Source of the DNA: Gonapodya sp. JEL0774
Taxonomy: Eukaryota
DNA length: 64,000 nt
Assembly: GCA_027604505.1 (NCBI GenBank)
Contig: JADIIX010000058.1
Location: 1 to 64,000 of the forward strand
Direction: 5' to 3'
The translations under genes were made by a program, and so were the position numbers. Positions 37,787-49,233 of this stretch are shown here, piece by piece. Position 1 is the first letter of the stretch. Each line of letters starts with the position of its first letter. The notes below the pieces were generated by a model that was not told where the DNA came from, searched no databases, and worked only from the letters and a program-made list of their open reading frames with translations.

Positions 37787-40357
37787 CTACAAAATGGTTA
37801 CAATTACTTCAGTCAGAGTCAGCAAAACATATCCAGAAATCAGTGTGTACCCAAGCCATCTGTGAATCTTGAACCCCTGCAAAGGTACAACCACCCCGAT
37901 GAACAGCAACACAAACATCAAGAGCACCAGGCTCGTCCAAATAACTCTTGAAGCAACAAAATGGACCTCTCCGTCTTCAATTGAAAGAACCGCGAAGGAT
38001 AGACCGAGCCCAAGCACTAAATCTGATCACGTCCAGAAAGGTATGTGGATGTGTACCGCATCATCAATGTTCGGGAATACCTACTTAGAAGCGGTCCACC
38101 AAATGCAGCAGCTATTGCCATAGTCCCAAGACCCATTCGAGCCATGGCTAAATCAGTCTAGAATCAAGTATGCGAAGAGTTCACTTCGAATGGACATTAC
38201 AAGAAGGGACCAACCCCCTCGCAACTTACAATTAAGTCACCAAAACTATTTCCAATAGCGAAAACAGTCAGGCCCAGGAGCGCATCATTTATTTGCAAGA
38301 TCTTCCCGAAAGTACTGAGGATACCAACGAGCTCATTTGCGATCATCTATCAAGAGCATCACGGAGTAAGAATTGTCGTCCTCCCGGCACTTCAAGATTC
38401 TTCGCTGCAAAACCACTCACGTATATCCAAGCCATACCCGAAAGAAACCCAAGAAGTGCAAGTAAGGGATACCATTTTGGTGGTTCCTCTACCTTCGAAA
38501 ACATGAACACTGCTATAGCAACCAAAATGCTCAACAGCAAGGTCGGTATCCACGAAGGAATCCCAAAGAGATTCTCATGGATGCCTATACAGACAACATA
38601 AAAGATTCAACAGCTTTGTGGGGCTGAATTCAATCGTGAAGGCGTACCGATAAAAATTATGCAGACGGTCCAAGGAACCAACAAACAATTGATAGTTGCC
38701 AACCATTTGTGCCATGACCGGGCGTGACCAGACTCAAATGTCAGTGGGCTTGGTAATAGAGTCGTTTTTAAAGTCAGTGATTCCATGATAAATCTGAAAG
38801 AGCTAGTGTCCTGTTGTGACAGTTCACCGGGAAAGTCGTCCTCTGCTTCGTTCTCAAAGCTCTCAATATCATTTGCTTCTAAAGTTAGACCATCACCGAT
38901 TTGTTGGTCACCGACAAGTGCTTCGTCCCGTGGTGTCGAGGGTGTTTGAAGAACAAGTGGTTCCGAATAATCGTCATCCATCACAACTGGGATTGTAAAT
39001 CGCAATGGGATCCAAAACGGAAGCAAAGCGAGTCCGGCTAAGCGTTCATAAAGCGGCGTTGCTCTCCAACCTTGTGCAAATGGTGAGAGGACAGAGAGCA
39101 GCGTATAGATGGTAGAATACACATTCTCAGTACGAGTACTCGTATTCGAGGCATCAGGCATGTCGAGGACGGGTGGGTTGTCCTTCTCCTGTTACAGAAC
39201 AACCATAAACCAGATGAACCCCACTCTGCAAATGTCACACTCTGAGTGATAAACACAAATTGACGCACGTCATCGTCCAGAGTAAGGTGGATGTCCGTTT
39301 CATTATCTTCCAAGAGTCTGGAAGTTTCGTCAGGCCATGCAAGGTCATCGGAATCTTCTGTCTGCCCAACGTGTGTTGCCACGCCTAAACGGAACATACA
39401 GGTTCAAAAAAGCACATGTGAATTTAGAAAAACTGGTCAACACACTTAATTTGTTCCTGAGCGCCTTCCTGCGACGGAAAATGACGTGCCCAACGACTAC
39501 TACGAGTACGTAGATCACATAGTACAATATCTAACACGACATGAACACAGCATTCCGCAATGAGCGGTGCCAGAATTGGTCACGAACAAGTGAATCAACT
39601 ATCGTAGAGAACTCACCATCACTGTGCTTTCGACTATTGTTATCTTCCCATCAGCCAAGACCACTATTAACATAACCAGCGCGCCAACAAATGTAGCAAT
39701 GTCACGCAAAAAGGGCCTCCTTGGAACCGAGAACTGTTTGAATGTCAGGATCTGACGCCTACGTTGAAGTCCGTGGAACCACTCACTGGCTTCTCATTGA
39801 GTAAAGCAACCGCACCAACTACGACCATGATGACAAACAACGAGCCTCCTACGTAGCGATGTACAACGGCTGAGCGACTCCATTTTCGTACAAGCAACTG
39901 AGATCACAAACCGAGTAGAACACCAATCCCAAGTTCGTTCGTTCCAACATTCGAAAACGCTGCAACGGACGAGAAAATATCCGGAGCACCGTTGCCTAAT
40001 GCAGCGAGAGTGACTCCTGCCACTGATTCAGATAGTGAGAGTGCTCTGGAAGTTCGGGTAAGGATTCAATTGGTTGGTCGACACGTCAAATCCCCGTTGC
40101 ACGCACTTCGTTAGGCGCTGGATGTTTGGAACAAAGAACGACGAGACAGTAGTTGCAAAAAGAAGGAATATGTAGAGAAGCCAGGAGGTCTTTGCGGAAA
40201 GATCCAAGGTATGGCTTCAAATGAAGTGGCAAGAGTCGACGGTGCCACTTACCAGGAGTATGACTGCCAGTCCGGGGTGTCCGTTCATGGTGCAGTAGTA
40301 AAAGGCGGCATAGTTTATGATGGAGCCAGTTTGATTGGAACATTGGTCGTCGCTCAT
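37787..40357 (-). CDS. Cation/Ca2+ exchanger (CCX/NCLX family)
   Basis: Alpha-1 repeat [23 protein letters not shown], alpha-2 repeat [14 protein letters not shown] and AAFGGPLL, N-terminal INYAAFYYC, and multiple transmembrane exons. The start is approximate. Confidence 0.9.
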
Positions 40358-40458
40358 GAGCTACAAGCGGGAATCCACCTGAATGAATTCATATGATCAT
40401 CCCCCACAGTTCTGCGCCACAATGGCTCATTGTGACAGTGGATTACTCTTCGAAGAGT

Positions 40459-41457
40459 ATGAAACTCGTGGATTACTCTTCGGATGAAGAACGCTTGGAT
40501 TCGGATGAGCAAATTCCGCTCAAAGGAACACCTGCCAATTCATCGTCTGGGTTGAGGCAGCGAGTAGCGAAACTGAACAACTCTGGTGAGGAAGGTTCTC
40601 CAACCCGCGTTATCGGAGATTGGTTCAGGAAATATCTGTTGAAATTCACTCAGATATTCATGAGCACCCGCAAACTCGTGCCCATTCGCAGGGTGATTGG
40701 TTAGAGAACGAACTCGTCGAGTGACCTGCCCCCCAAACTGACTGAAAGCTGTTTCAGGACGTCACTTGCCTACATTCCCGTCAGTTTGTCAGAGGATCAG
40801 TTAAGCCTCGTGCGGAGAATTGTGGATAAGGCGAAAGAACATCACCCTTCGTTTCGGACGCTCGTTCCTGAGGACCCAACACTTGCGCAGACATCCCTTC
40901 ACGTGAGCATAACGCGGCCCACAAATCTCCGGGTTTTCCAGGTGGATGCCTTCATTAATGGCTTGGGAATGAAGGCTGCGAAAAGAAAATCGTGAGAGTC
41001 GGGGATTCACAACTGCACTTGATTTTGATGTTCACCCGATGAGCAGATTCTCGTACAGTCTTGGCTCTTTCCGTATGTACAAAAATGCAGAAAACACTCA
41101 AACATTTCTCGCTCTGGAGGTGCTTGGTGGGAAACGAGATGTTCGTACTGCTGGCCAGTCAGTTGCACAAGCAGCACCATCTCTTGATAATTTCTGTACG
41201 TTCAAACCCAGCTTCTGAACCTTCTTTCAGATGCCGATGCTGTCGTGGGCTCGTTGGGACTACCTAAGTTTTATGCCGTTCCGAGTTTTCACGTCAGCGT
41301 CGCGTGGACAGACGAGGACATTTGTGGTGCCGACATCCTTCGCCAACTCACAACAGGATTCTCAAATGAGCTGGGTTTACTTAGCGGTTTGACTGCGCGA
41401 TGCGTGGAGTGTAAAGCAGGGAACAAGGTTGTGCGCATCGTGCTTCAGGATCGCTGA
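40459..41457 (+). CDS. USB1: U6 snRNA 3' phosphodiesterase Usb1
   Basis: MKLVDYSSDEE start, two 2H motifs (LHVSITRP and FHVSVAW) and C-terminal VECKAGNKV. Confidence 0.9.
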
Positions 41458-41538
41458 CAGCTGGTGCTCTTCTAGCTCTCATGTATAATTGTGATTACAT
41501 AAATTATCCCCACTGATTCCACATCGCTAGCGTTCTCA

Positions 41539-43423
41539 TCATTTGCTAGGAGGGGCCATATCGGCTGCCCAATTCCCCCTCGCCCAACCGACCCAGCCTT
41601 CATTAGAGGACACTTTGCCGGTGGCATAACCTATACCATATTTGCGGAGGTCAATGACACCCTGCACACCAGAGGTTAAGTCTCGATGTCGGGATTTCTA
41701 GAAGCAGTTCGCCTTACCATTGTGAAAGTCACAACAAACAATGCAGCAGCTAACACAAAACGAAAGCAAAAATTCATCAATTTTCATATGGGATCGAAAA
41801 TGACCCAAAGCCAATCCTGCATTAACACACTCAAAAATCCAAGAATCATGGACATGTTCCATGGGACACAGGAATTGTTATCCTTTGTGATAGGATCGAA
41901 AAACTTCCGTGGGCAGTTGCCGAACGCGGCAGTGACGGTGGACGCTTTCGGGAGCAGAGCAGAAATGAATGAAATGGTGAATCAAGCGTGGTTGGTCTTT
42001 CCAGTCCGCGTGAAACTTGAGAGCGGCACTAGGGATGGTACTTACCGGATATCCACAAAGATATCCAAAACAGATCAACAATAACTTCGACTCGCGAAAA
42101 TCGGGGCTTTGATGGATGGCGGAGGGGGGAAGTTATGGCTCAAAATTCCAAGAGACAAAGCGCAACGCAGTCAAGACTCAAAACTACTCACATGTCGAAC
42201 TGGGGGTATGCTCAACCAATGGGGGAACAGGTAGAGAAACATGCAGGAGAATGAGACCATCTGCCCAAGGAAAAGAATTCAGGAACGCATTAATTTGTTG
42301 TTTAGGATAAGGCAACACATCGCATGAGGAAGAACAAACCGACCAAAAGGGTGGAGCATATCATCGTGAACACCTACCATGGAGGATACGGAGGTCGCAC
42401 ACCTGTGGAGAGTGGGAGGGCGCAGGGATCAACACACCAGACAAACATTGACAGCCTACGCACATATAATTAACATTGGACTCACATGAAATTAATCCCC
42501 GAAGTCCCAATAAGAGTTGAAGGGTAGTTTACATCAAACGAGGCGACGGACAGGCAGATGAAGGAGCCTTAAGGTTGGAGATTGAGTTGGTCAGGATGTG
42601 TTGTGCTCAGCAGGCGACGTGGGGAGAACTGATTTAGTTTTCTCGGGAGATTATGTCTTAAATGAGTCCGTTGTGTGAAAATGCACGCTTTCTCGTCCAG
42701 TGACTCCACAGCGACATTGGAACTAAAGTACGCAGCATCTTCTATCATGGCATCCAACCGAGGACGACAAGTCGACAGCGCGTCCGGACAGCCTTCACAG
42801 ATGGTATAATTCCTTTCAGTCCTTCCTGCCTGCAACGTACCAATGGCCACACAGAACTGGATCGCTCTGAAGATAAACCGAAACTCCCGTACAGTCTGGA
42901 AAAAAGTGGGAGGGCGCACGCTTTTCGTGAAAAGAAGTAGCTCTTCCAAATCTTCTTTGTATAAGAACAGGTCGTCTGCATCGTCTTCATCGTCCACTTC
43001 TTGTCCGTCAACTTCGCAGCCCATTGCTCCAACGTCCTTCTCCTGTTGTACAGAATCGACACCAGCATTAGAGGACCGTTGGCGAATATTACTACTGGCG
43101 AAGTCCTTCAGACCATCAGCGGGTACCACGTCCTCATCTGAACTCCCACTGCTCGCCCGACCGTTCACAACCGCGAGAGTCCTACGTTTAGGGCCCCCTG
43201 CATCGGTGCTTGGTCTCTGGAATGAAGAATCAAAGGAGAACTCGACAGCGCGCACAGAGTGGACAGAGGAGTCGCTCGAGTTTCGAAAAGGGGGTGCAAC
43301 TAGACCCTGGGTCGGTTGTGATGCATCATTTCCAGTTTCCGTGACATGTGATACTGCAGGTGAAGCCGACAAAAAGTTATCTGCGAATGAGCTCTGATGT
43401 TTCGAGGCTGAGTCCGTGGCCAT
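41539..43423 (-). CDS. Four-TM MARVEL-like membrane protein with disordered N-terminus
   Basis: FIFRAIQFCVAIG|SFICLSVA, INFM, EVIVDLFWISLWIS, GNCP...SCVPWNMSMILGFL|AALFVVTF across many short exons; stop at 41539. Confidence 0.6.
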
Positions 43424-43582
43424 GGATCTCTTTATGTTTATGGGAATGTCCTGGCTGAATAGCTGATCATAGTGCTCTGCTTCCCGGGTCCGCAGCAGTC
43501 TGTGCAAGGACCGGGCCTGCCTGGGCTCTTTGTTCCAATACAATACATGTATTCCGACCGCGCCACCGGCCAACCAGCGACC

Positions 43583-46500
43583 ATGACCGTTCGAGCACGA
43601 GGTGGCGGTGCGCTTCGTCGTGGTGGAGGGAGTGAAGGGGGCTCATGGCGCGGCGGCGGGGGAGGAGGTCCCCGTGGACGGGGAGGCCGTGGGCGAGGCG
43701 CTGGAGGAGCGCCGAACGGAGCCGGCTCGTCTGGCGGCATTTTAAACAGACTAGGACCACGCCCGGCTGACGGTGCCGTGGTCTTCGAATCGGACAGAGA
43801 CGGCGACTTGGCCATGGACAGTTCTGTTCGAGGGGGGGCAAGAGGAGGAGGGGCAAATCAACATAAGAAAAAGGGATTGTGAGTTTCTACATGTCGAGAT
43901 GTGAAGCTGGACGGTGGGGGTTGGATGTGCAGAGTGCTCGGCAAGATCCTCTACCAAAGTGGAGAAAGACCAACCCATCCGACAGACATTTCAACAAGAA
44001 GTTGGGCCATGTATAATGCCCATATTGTATTGCTCCTCAAGTATGGAGGTCTCGGAATGAAACCTATGGGGTGTGGCTGGGGCGACAGCTTCTTCTTGAA
44101 TTGGCATCGTACCTCGAGGTCGCTTGTCTGCAAACATTCACTCTAAGAACATACACCTGGACTCCGCACGCTCGTTCTATGAAATACTTGCGGAATCCGT
44201 GGGTGGAGGGAGACTGAACTTGTGATGACTGGATAATCCACTTTCGAAGTGGAGGATAAAAGTGACATTCTTCCGACCGCCCCATTTGCGCTTGGTCTCC
44301 TGTCGATATTCTCCCCTCCTTAGTCTCTCAAGAGCGAAGAAATGTTTCGGGACTAGTGAAGCGTCCAATTCTTCTCTCCCGCATCTCAAACCGTGAACAC
44401 CACCGACCTAACAACCGGCTATTTGCTACCCCTCCACCTTTTAACTCCCTCCCAACAACAGCGATCCCTACGCGGGGGGTCGTCGTCGGAACGCTGAAGC
44501 AGGCACCGCCCCTGTCGTTTCCGCAGGTCCAAGGAATGGAGGAGGGTTCGGACCCCTATTGGGCGAGGGAGCCGGTCAGGGAGGAGCAAGGAAACCTGGA
44601 AGTGTAGATGTAGCGGTGCGTATTAGAAGAGGAGAGGTGTGTGATTGGTGGTTTGTGGGGGGGGGGGGGGGTGGGGGGTGTGGGGTGAAAGACCCGGCGG
44701 AGGGGNNNNNNNNNNCACCCTCCCCCGCTCCCCTCCCCCGCTCCCCCCCCCTGCCTCCCGGCCGCCCGCCCCCCCCCCGGGCGCCCGCCCCCGACTCGTG
44801 GGAATAACCGGTCGATGCGGTTTTGGCGTTTCTGCATCGTGCGTGTTATTTTTTCAAGGAACAGGCTTCGGGCTGACCGATAATCACGACTTTGTAACAC
44901 TGTGGAGGTTTGTTGCTGGATTTAAGTTGGAAGGGAATAATTTAGAAATTTTCGCCAATTTCTACTGAGCCTCGGAACTGCTTGTTACATGCTCCAACTC
45001 AGTCGTTCCAGAGACTGACCGTATCCTCACACAAATAACTCATTCTAGGTCACCGGATGGTCTCCTAGTCCCGAGGCAACCCGCCAACAGCTTATTGCTT
45101 TCATACGAAGTCGTTGCACCCGCAACCTCAATATCGCACAAGTCCGAACCACGGACGGTGGGACCACTGTGGTACTTACTGTTGCCAACTGGGCAGAAGC
45201 GTCGGCGCTTCAGAGGATGTCAGGATCCGCATTTAAAGGCAATAAGCTGTCGTTTGACTTGGTGGAGTCGGAGAAGCCTGCCCATGGCCTACCCTCAAAG
45301 CAGCCTCGGGGTAGCACCGGTGCGGGTGCCCCTTCTAGTGCACCAAATCTCGATCGTATTGGCGTGTTACGGACATATCTCAAATTCCAGTACTCAGAGC
45401 AGATGCAGCTGCTGGACTTGTCGGGCATGGCGACGCACCCGGCTCTACGAGAGGTGCTGCTCAATGATTTGAATAATGAGAAGGTGGGGGGCGTGGTGTG
45501 TAAGATGATTGGGGAAGAGTTTCCTGGAGTGAGTATGCCGAGAGCATGTTTCTGTTCAAAAGTATACTGGTGGGATCGCATCGCTGATCCTTCACAACAT
45601 CCTGCCTCCAAATGGTCCCGAAATCACATGTTTTCTTTAGATTCAATCACTTGCACTCAATTCCAACCGGTTGAACTCTTTGGACCCTTTCCGAACTTTG
45701 TTTCAATACACTACAAGACTTGTAAACCTCTCCCTGGAGAATAATCACCTCAACTCACTTGGCGCACTTGAAGCCATCAAGAACGCGCCACTGCGTGAGC
45801 TTCGCTTGCGCGGGAACCCGGTCTACGACAAAGACGTCGCCCGTCAGTCCAATTATACTGGTCGTGCAGCCGTTGGCCATGTCGTGACCACAAGCAGAAG
45901 ATTCCGGGAGAACGTTCTGGCCATGTTTCCAACATTGATGATTCTTGACGAGGAGTCTATTGAAGAAGGGGCCGAGGATGGCGACATCAACATCGATGTG
46001 GACCAACCCGGGGCAACGGCGGCATCAGGAGGGGTAGTTGGGCGGGACTCGGTATGGCCTGTGCCGATTAAGAAAGGGTGGGTAGACTCGGAGGGAACAG
46101 CGGAGGTGGTTGAAGATTTTCTTTCCAAGTGAGTATTGAGGGGTGGTTGAGTCCCAACTTCCTTGATATTCTAACATGTGCTGCGAAGATTCTTCCCGCT
46201 CTTTGACAACAACCGTCAGGAGCTCCGTGTACTTTACCACGCGAATGCTGTATTTTCCGTTGCCGCGAACAGCAACGTTGCGCCGAACCGAAAACCCATC
46301 AACAGGCGAAGTCGGATAACGAATCAGCATGCCGACGATATGACAAACTGGCAACGAGATGCGAGGAATTTACTCCACTTGCGAGGATCTAGTGGGTTGC
46401 TGCTGCTGGCAATGTCCTTTTTGGTCTTGCTGGTATTAAGGCTAGATGCTGTCCCAAATATTTCAGATGCGCGTTTGAACACACTCGCGTGCGGCCCTGA

Positions 46501-47378
46501 CGCCATCATTGCTGCCTTGAACAAACTTCCTTCAACCCGTCATCCGAGTGATTCCAACCGCAAAGTCGTCGATGCGTGGACACAGCAGGATCCTACTACG
46601 GGCTCAGTGCGACTCTTTGTTTCCGTGCACTCCGAATTTATTGAAGGTATGCGCCCTGCTGTTTCCACTCTCTCTGAATCCAGCCTCAGATCACCTCGAA
46701 CGCCCCATAAATCAGTCCAAATGAATTTGAGCAAGAGTTTTGACAGACTGTTTGTAATTGTGCCTGCAAGGGAAGGGTCTGAGTGAGTCCGTTTTTGCCT
46801 ATCAACGTTACCATCACTCAATAGTTACAATTTCATCCCCAGCGCACAAAAAGCTGGCTCTCGATTCGAAATCCTAAATGATCAACTCACCGTTCGACCT
46901 TGGTCTCCCAATGCGTGGCGAAATGCCCTGGAACAGGGCGCAACTCCCGCGGCCATGTCTTCCATGCAACCAACGCAAGTTGCGCTTGCGCAACCTGAAT
47001 TAGTGTCGCAGGGCATGGTACCTGTTGTGGGAGTGCTTCCTACACCTTACGTCCAACCCGTCCAACCTGTTGTGGTTCCAAATGTACTTGTGCCTCCTGG
47101 GATGGATCCTGCCGAAGCGGCACGCCGAAAGGGAGAACTGGGACTGGTATGTTCAAAGATTCTATGTTCACTTCTATTGAAGGACAACATTGACTGGCAA
47201 TTTGCAGAATGACCTTCAAAATGCGAAGGTTCTCGCACTTTCCACGCAAACTAAGCTCAACTACAATTACGCATGTCAATGCTTGATAGAGACGGAGTGG
47301 GACTTTGATCGGGCGGTGGTAGCTTTCAGCGCCGTTCAAGCACAGTTGCCACCAGATGCATATTTACCACTACAGTAA
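43583..47378 (+). CDS. MEX67: mRNA export factor Mex67/NXF1
   Basis: RGG-rich exon 1; exon 2 (44462-44615) with GF|DPY; RRM-like VAVTGW; LRRs (LLDLS, NLSLENNHL, LRELRLRGNP); NTF2-like domain (FFPLFDNNRQEL...Y, SFDRLFVIVP, ILNDQL); TAP-C domain (LSTQTKLNYNYACQCLIETEWDFDRA). Confidence 0.93.
44706..44715. other. Assembly gap (10 N) inside Mex67 intron 2
   Basis: A run of N with G-tracts on the left and C-tracts on the right. Confidence 0.99.
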
Positions 47379-47484
47379 CGATTCACATTGAGGCGGGCTG
47401 GATGAAACACTGAAATTTCGCAAAAACATCTTTTAATCGCATGAATATCTCCTTTCAACACTTAAGCAAAATACATATAAACTA

Positions 47485-48964
47485 TTATCGTGTCTCTACT
47501 TTGGCTCTCTCACCCGCACTTATCACATCTTTAATTACACTGCTTAACACCTCCCACCGCGCATCTTCCCCCGCTAAGGGATCGTAATTTTCCACAAGTT
47601 TTCGCCCAGCAGCGTCAAGGAGTGATGTTTGCAGGTTCCGCAGATGGAAAGGAGGTCCCAGGTCCGAGCACATCGCCGTGTGTCGTGAAGACTCTCCAGT
47701 TTCCCTTCCGCCATTGGTGGTAGATCGAATTGTCTCGGAAGCTGCACTGGTAGCAAGAGCAGTGTTGGATCCGGAACGAGACGGTCCCGACTTGGGAGTA
47801 GATCCCGGAGTAAAAGTGTCATCAAACAGAATTTGATTGGAGGATGAGGCAAGGGCCTGCTTGCGGGCAAGAATAATGAAGAGGGGACGCTCTACGAGGA
47901 ACCTGAGTTGTTAGTTGAATGCCATATTCAGTAAGAAATAGTACAACCATTCCCGCATGTTTCCGTACGAAACCCACATTTTCGCAGCATCTGAGTTGGC
48001 CCACCCCGACTTCCAGATGCCTTCCTCCACAAGTGTGTCCTGTGTAATTCTAGATGTTCCAGCTGTCACGTTCAATGGATGGGAAGTTCCGCCTGGCACG
48101 TTTGGAGGTGCTGTTGCACCGCCGCTCGTGGAAATACAGTTTCCTTCCGCTAAACCCAAAATTTGCGCAAGCTCCGCCTCATCAAATGCAGCTCGTACAA
48201 AGCGGACCACACGGTGAATAGGGACATTGCGAGTCTGACGGTCTGCGGTTGGTACTGTTGTTGATGGCGTCGAGGACTTGGGGCCTCCTACCGTCGAAGC
48301 TGATACGGGTGATTGAACTTGATTCGAGTCACACCGTCGCCGCGCGGCAAAATAGGGTTCCATGAGACTGAGGTCAAATTTACCAGAGATTGGTGTCACT
48401 AGAGGGTGGAAAACGTCGGATTGGAAGTGGACGGCAGGGAGGAGAGATTCGGGTGGATTTTGAGAGGATGCGTGGTCAGGTGCGAAAGGAGATGAACGGG
48501 TAGTGGCAGTGACCGGAGAACTTGGCGAGGGTATTGATATCGAAAAGCGGAACACCGCATCTTTGAATGGCCCAGACGAAAGGAATAGGAGGCCATACCA
48601 CAAGGATACATCTTCTGATGTGGGAAGTAGGTAGACCCCTCGTGAGGCGTGACGTGGATCGGCCAGATGCTTGCTGGAGTAGATCATGAGGAAAGTCAGA
48701 AAGTTTAGAATTTGAGACTGCTGCATCCAAAAGGTGTCGTGCCCACCATGAATGCATTGTAGAAACTTCATCCTAACTCACTACTCGAGCATTATTTCAA
48801 AGCGTCGCACAAACTGTGCATAGAGGCGTTCCGCCTGGTCCGTTGGAGTCAGCACGCGGGTGCGCGACGATGAGAGACCAACATTGGCTCACCGCTGCTC
48901 TCCGCCGTGCAGCATCTACACTACGGTTGTTGGTTCGCGCCTCTTCTCGATTATAGCCGCTCAT
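47485..48964 (-). CDS. AKTIP: AKTIP/FTS (crossbronx)-like inactive ubiquitin-conjugating enzyme variant
   Basis: RFEIMLE|Y...GVYLLPTSEDVSLWYGLLFLSSGPFKDAVFRFSISIP...VFHPLVTPISGKFDL. It has a UBC fold with Asp at the catalytic-Cys position. Confidence 0.8.
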
Positions 48965-49233
48965 CCTGGACGGTTAAATCAATTCAAATAAGTTGGCTGG
49001 TTATCCTTTCTGGTGCTGTGGTCGAACAGACAACCCCTTGGGTAGTGACACAAAAACTATTGCCCGCATATTGCCCTTCATAATTGTTACAGTTCCCAAA
49101 GGCTGCAGCTAGTGTAGTCATGACCATCACTTGCACATTGTATTTCCAGTCCGTGCGTGAACCAGGATTATTATGTAATCAGTTGAATACGATGGAACAA
49201 GGATGTATGTAGTAATTTATGTTTCTTGATTCT

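Noticed and set aside
12845..47378. Apparent clustering of RNA-metabolism genes (CRIPT, RRP43, RPL30, USB1, MEX67)
   Set aside because: They are interspersed with unrelated genes, which is expected by chance in a compact genome.
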